This document shows, in pieces, positions 34,384 through 37,947 of a stretch of 37,947 bases of DNA. Position 1 is the first letter of the stretch. Each line of letters begins with the position of its first letter. The stretch is from Candidatus Moranbacteria bacterium GW2011_GWC2_37_8. Lineage in GTDB: Bacteria; Patescibacteriota; Minisyncoccia; Moranbacterales; GWC2-37-73. The translations under genes and the position numbers were made by a program. Location: assembly GCA_000992165.1 (NCBI GenBank), contig LBTS01000002.1:1-37947 (forward strand), given 5' to 3'. The notes below the pieces were generated by a model. The model was not told the origin of the DNA. It saw only the letters and a program-made list of their open reading frames with translations, and did not search any database.

Positions 34384-35589
34384 CTATATACCAAATACTA
34401 TTCTAACGAATCCCATCTTCCCAATTTTTAAAACTTTTCCATCTAATTCTTTTGTAACCAAGAATTGCGGGTCGAGGTATTTTTCGTCTTCAATTGAAAC
34501 TCCGCCTTGTTCGATTTTTCGACGAGCTTCGCCCATGCTTGAAGCGTTTCCAGATTTCACAAGGACTTCAGTTAGTTTCATTTCTCCTTCGATAATAAGC
34601 TCTAGAATATCTGTCGGGATTTCTTTTTTGGAAAAAGTATTGATGAAATATTCGCGCGCAGTTCTAGCAAGTTCTTCGCCGTGATAAATTTCAGTGATTT
34701 CTCCAGCCAAGCGAAGTTTTGCATCGCGAGGATTCAAAGCATCTTCTTTCATTTGCTTTTCAATTTCCACAATTTCTTCCATGGCAACGCGCGTACAATG
34801 AATAAAATATTTCACAATCAATTCATCGCCCATGCTCATCATTTTTCCAAACATGGAATTTGCGTCGTCCATCAAATTTATAGTGTTCCCCCAAGAAGAA
34901 CTCATCTTGCGTCCGTCAGTTCCTTCAATCAGATTCACCATCATAACATCTTGCGGATGTTGTTTGTATTTTTTCTGCATTTCGCGTCCAGCCAAAAGAT
35001 TGAAACGCTGGTCCGTTCCCCCTAGTTCCAAATCAGCTTTCAGCATTACGCTGTCATACCCCTGCATTAATGGATACAAAAGTTCGCGAAGAGAAATTCT
35101 AGTTCCCTTGTCTAATCTTTTTTTGATATTGTCGCGCGCGATAAATTCAGCCAAAGAAAAAATATCAGCTTGCTCGGAAATTTCATTGTAGGTCAATTTT
35201 CCAAGCCATTCAGAATTTTTATGAGTTTCCACTTTACTCATATCCAAAAGTTTTCCGGCTTGATCCAAATATGTTTCCAAATTTTTATTTACAGCTTCTT
35301 GCTCAAGCATCGGGCGTTCACTTTCCTTGTCTGAAGTGTCTCCAATCACGCCTGTAAAATCTCCGATAATCAAAACTATCTGATGACCTAATTGTTGAAA
35401 ATCTCGAAGTTTCAGTAATGAAACAGCCCGTCCCAAGTGAATATTTGAACTTGTAGGATCAATACCAAGCTTTATGCGAAGTTTTTCCCCATTTAAAAGC
35501 CTCTTTTTGAGGTTTTCCTTATCAATTACTTCATTGACTCCTCTTGTCAAAAGTTCATCAATTTGTTTTTCTAATTCTTTATCTTTCAT
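34384..35589 (-). CDS. tyrS: tyrosine--tRNA ligase
   Basis: KLGIDPT, HLGR, GDFT, YPLMQGYDS, GGTDQRFN, KMSSS, C-terminal S4-like domain. Confidence 0.99.
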   Translation of the reverse strand: MKDKELEKQIDELLTRGVNEVIDKENLKKRLLNGEKLRIKLGIDPTSSNIHLGRAVSLLKLRDFQQLGHQIVLIIGDFTGVIGDTSDKESERPMLEQEAVNKNLETYLDQAGKLLDMSKVETHKNSEWLGKLTYNEISEQADIFSLAEFIARDNIKKRLDKGTRISLRELLYPLMQGYDSVMLKADLELGGTDQRFNLLAGREMQKKYKQHPQDVMMVNLIEGTDGRKMSSSWGNTINLMDDANSMFGKMMSMGDELIVKYFIHCTRVAMEEIVEIEKQMKEDALNPRDAKLRLAGEITEIYHGEELARTAREYFINTFSKKEIPTDILELIIEGEMKLTEVLVKSGNASSMGEARRKIEQGGVSIEDEKYLDPQFLVTKELDGKVLKIGKMGFVRIVFGI

Positions 35590-35668
35590 ATTTCAAGTAT
35601 AAATTAACTAAATGATACATCAATAATACCAATTTAAGCCGATTTTAGCAATACTGACAATATTACCC

Positions 35669-35697
35669 TTGCCAAATCCTCAATATTCTGCTAGAAT
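35669..35697 (+). promoter_or_regulatory. sigma70 promoter of the GGDEF gene
   Basis: TTGCCA-17 nt-TAGAAT with extended TG. Confidence 0.65.
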
Positions 35698-35761
35698 AAT
35701 ACGTGCTTGAAATTCAAAAATTATAGTCAAAGTTTTTTTAAAACATAGGAGGAAGTGCGCG

Positions 35762-36463
35762 ATGTCAGAAGAAAAATCAGCAGATGAGAAGATAAAGGAT
35801 CTCGAAAGTCAACTTAACGCAGCCAACAAGGAACTGGAACGTATATCAAAATGTCTCATGAAAACACAATCAGAAAGGGATAAATTATCGAGACAATGCA
35901 TCGCAGCAGAAAATCGTATAAGTTTGCTCAGTGTCAGACTTGTGGAAAAACAGGAGCGAATTGATTTACTTGAAATCCATGCCCTAGAGGAACCATTGAC
36001 GGGCCTCTATAACAGACGCTACGCCGATCTGCAAGCATCTCGCTTTGAAAATGCAGTGTCGTCCCGCGTTCTGTGCGTCATCGTTATTGACATCAATTAC
36101 CTGAAAAGAATCAACGATAGTTGTGGACATGAAGCAGGTGATCAATTATTAGTTGCATTCTCAAAGAAACTGCAAGAATTTCCAGGAGAAAACAAGACCG
36201 TAGCAAGAATAGGCGGAGATGAGTTTTTAATCATCAAGGCCAAAGATGATAAAAAGCAAGCAACAGCCTACTGCGAAATGATCAGGAACACACTCAATGT
36301 GGGATTTAAGTGCACGGTTGCTGGCGGAGAGATTTTTTGCACAGCGTCTGTCGGTTTTGATATTCACGTTCTAGATGGCAATTTTTCTTTCAATGATCTA
36401 TGGATTTCGGCTGATTTAGATATGTACAAAAATAAGACCAGAAGCAGAGAAGTAAATATATAG
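35762..36463 (+). CDS. diguanylate cyclase (coiled coil + GGDEF)
   Basis: EPLTGLYNRR, DINYLKRIND, GHEAGD, ARIGGDEF, ADLDMY; AGGAGG SD. Confidence 0.95.
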   Translation: MSEEKSADEKIKDLESQLNAANKELERISKCLMKTQSERDKLSRQCIAAENRISLLSVRLVEKQERIDLLEIHALEEPLTGLYNRRYADLQASRFENAVSSRVLCVIVIDINYLKRINDSCGHEAGDQLLVAFSKKLQEFPGENKTVARIGGDEFLIIKAKDDKKQATAYCEMIRNTLNVGFKCTVAGGEIFCTASVGFDIHVLDGNFSFNDLWISADLDMYKNKTRSREVNI

Positions 36464-36508
36464 AAATTCAATACAATTTCAATGCAAAGTCATTAAAAGG
36501 AGGACGTC

Positions 36509-36643
36509 TTGAACAAATCGAGTCTTAAGCCCAGGGCCACTAGAAGTGAAATCAATAGCCATATTAAGAAGCTCAAAAAAGGCGTTGACACCAGAACATC
36601 CAAACAGCTCGAGGATTCTGAAGATCAAGAGCCCAAGAAGTAA
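36509..36643 (+). CDS. 44-aa charged peptide (not in the ORF track)
   Basis: AAAGGAGG SD then TTG; MNKSSLKPRATRSEINSHIKKLKKGVDTRTSKQLEDSEDQEPKK; ends just before the terminator. Confidence 0.5.
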   Translation: MNKSSLKPRATRSEINSHIKKLKKGVDTRTSKQLEDSEDQEPKK

Positions 36644-36656
36644 AGCTCAACGCAGC

Positions 36657-36693
36657 AAAAAAGCCACCCTCGCCTAGCGCGAAGGTGGCTTTT
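36657..36693. terminator. bidirectional terminator
   Basis: AAAAGCCACC-CTCGC-ctagc-GCGAA-GGTGGCTTTT. Confidence 0.85.
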
Positions 36694-36707
36694 CATTTTC
36701 CAAGAAA

Positions 36708-36986
36708 CTACAGGAGTCCTAGTCTTTTCTTTGCTTCGAAAATCTGATGATCATTCATTTGACCTGTCTTTTTCATTTGCTCCAATGTTTTCAAAATGTC
36801 AGCTTTATTTTTCTGAATATTATCCGGAGTCATGACTTTTTTCATCAACTTCTCTCTTTCTTCTGGACTCATCTTTTGCAATTTCTTCATAGCCATGCGC
36901 TGCAGCATGCCCATATTTTGCGGATCCATTGGATCCTTGGATTTCTTGTCATCTGTTTTCTTTTTGAAAGCGTCGAGAATACTCAT
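36708..36986 (-). CDS. Met/Lys-rich helical hypothetical protein (92 aa)
   Basis: Start moved to ATG 36986 (MSILDAFKKK). Confidence 0.7.
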   Translation of the reverse strand: MSILDAFKKKTDDKKSKDPMDPQNMGMLQRMAMKKLQKMSPEEREKLMKKVMTPDNIQKNKADILKTLEQMKKTGQMNDHQIFEAKKRLGLL

Positions 36987-37061
36987 ATTGTATATTAAAT
37001 TAAAAAAGTTATGTTTAAATTTCATTTGAAATTTTCCTGTATAATTCAAACCCATAAGGAA

Positions 37062-37166
37062 CATCAGTCATTAGCTGTAAGAATGGTTTTTGGTCATTAG
37101 TTTTTTAGAAAAAATAGGTGACCAATGACTAATGACTTGTCCTACTTCCAATGACCATTGTTACTA
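37062..37166. repeat. inverted heptamer arrays (GTCATT / AATGAC-type)
   Basis: CAGTCATTAG...TGGTCATTAG versus GACCAATGACTAATGACTTG...CCAATGACCATTG. Confidence 0.65.
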
Positions 37167-37183
37167 TTTCTTGTATTTCATCG

Positions 37184-37947
37184 TCAATTCATAGAAGAAT
37201 AAGTTCCGAAAGTCACACCAACCAAAAGCGCCAAAGCGAAATATTTAATAGTAGCTCCACCGAAAAGATAAATTGCGAGCAATGTAATAATTACAGTCAT
37301 TGAAGTATTGATTGAACGCACCAATGTTTCATTAAGACTTTTATTCACCACCTCGGGAAACGGAGTCTTGCTGGAACCTTTCAAAAGATTTTCGCGAGTT
37401 CTATCATATACCACAATTGTGTCATGCACAGAGAATCCCAAAATTGTCAGGAGTGCTGCAATAAATGGGATTCCAACTTCAATTCCATAAAAATGGCCGA
37501 GGAGTGAAAAAACTCCAGCAGTAATCAAAATGTCATGAGCCAAAGCAATAACTGCCCCCGCGCCATATTTCCATGATTCAACTGGGCGTGAAACTTTGCG
37601 AAAAGCCCAAGCAATATACGCCATAATAGTGAAGATGGCTAACAAAATTGCATTTAAAGATTTTGTTTTAAGTTCCTTAGACACCGATGGGTTAATAAAA
37701 TCAACGCTTTGTTGAGTGACTCCCTGATATTTTGCGCTAAGTGATTTCCAAACATCGTCATTAATCTTGTCATCCTCTGATGCATAGCGAACCAACATCG
37801 AATTATCATTTGATGCCTGAATAGTAAGACTGGTCAAATTTAGATCCTTTAAAGATTCATTAACTTCCTGATTCGTGGGTGCGCTATCTGCAAACTTAAC
37901 TTTCATGAGTGTACCACTCGTGAAATCAATATCATATTTGAGCCCCC
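37184..37947 (-). CDS. secF: protein translocase subunit SecF (5' end outside the window; C-terminus apparently frameshifted)
   Basis: IDFTSGT upstream of the listed Met, ALAHD, LTILGFSVHDTIVVYDRTRE, TLVRSINTS, GTYSS. Confidence 0.95.
   Translation of the reverse strand, partial: GLKYDIDFTSGTLMKVKFADSAPTNQEVNESLKDLNLTSLTIQASNDNSMLVRYASEDDKINDDVWKSLSAKYQGVTQQSVDFINPSVSKELKTKSLNAILLAIFTIMAYIAWAFRKVSRPVESWKYGAGAVIALAHDILITAGVFSLLGHFYGIEVGIPFIAALLTILGFSVHDTIVVYDRTRENLLKGSSKTPFPEVVNKSLNETLVRSINTSMTVIITLLAIYLFGGATIKYFALALLVGVTFGTYSSMN

Noticed and set aside
5722-37166. CRISPR array
   Set aside because: Repeats are 7-8 nt tandem units or dispersed palindromes; there is no regular repeat-spacer series and no cas gene
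1-37947. Genetic code 25 (TGA = Gly) as an explanation for the TGA cases at 8503 and 37184
   Set aside because: All long conserved genes are uninterrupted under the standard code; TGA-Gly would fragment them

Overview
AT-rich bacterial chromosomal window, inferred to be Patescibacteria/CPR (Parcubacteria-like) from a short AlaS without C-Ala, a short HrcA, the VirD4-like ATPase + membrane partner + sigma4/HARE-HTH gene block, and housekeeping genes that mostly lack Shine-Dalgarno (SD) sites. The backbone is housekeeping: hrcA-grpE-dnaK under a CIRCE-overlapped promoter, yidD, corA, cysS, dnaB, recR, rplU, alaS, mnmA, tyrS-pheS-pheT and the 3' part of secF. Between these lie orphan gene units with their own promoters, strong SDs and terminators (1-3.7 kb, 7.9-8.7 kb, 12.2-12.4 kb, 35.8-36.6 kb) and an accessory block (Sir2-like, Bro-N, HAD, ABC exporter, DUF5672, alpha/beta hydrolase). 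The most unusual signal is non-coding. Many housekeeping gene junctions carry degenerate 7-8 nt tandem arrays, often as inverted pairs. One inverted pair encloses a four-helix-bundle (23S-IVP/Avd-like) gene and others are empty, which suggests an undescribed mobile or RNA-structural system. The window also has REP-like palindromes, MITE-like elements abutting start codons, two long structured elements, candidate antisense sRNAs between grpE and dnaK (one with an anti-SD loop), a homopolymer-frameshifted glycine-zipper peptide, tandem Cys-rich peptides with a TGA aligned to Cys, and a frameshifting deletion at the end of secF. No rRNA, tRNA, CRISPR array, transposase, integrase or reverse transcriptase was recognised. 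All calls are by eye; no searches were run.
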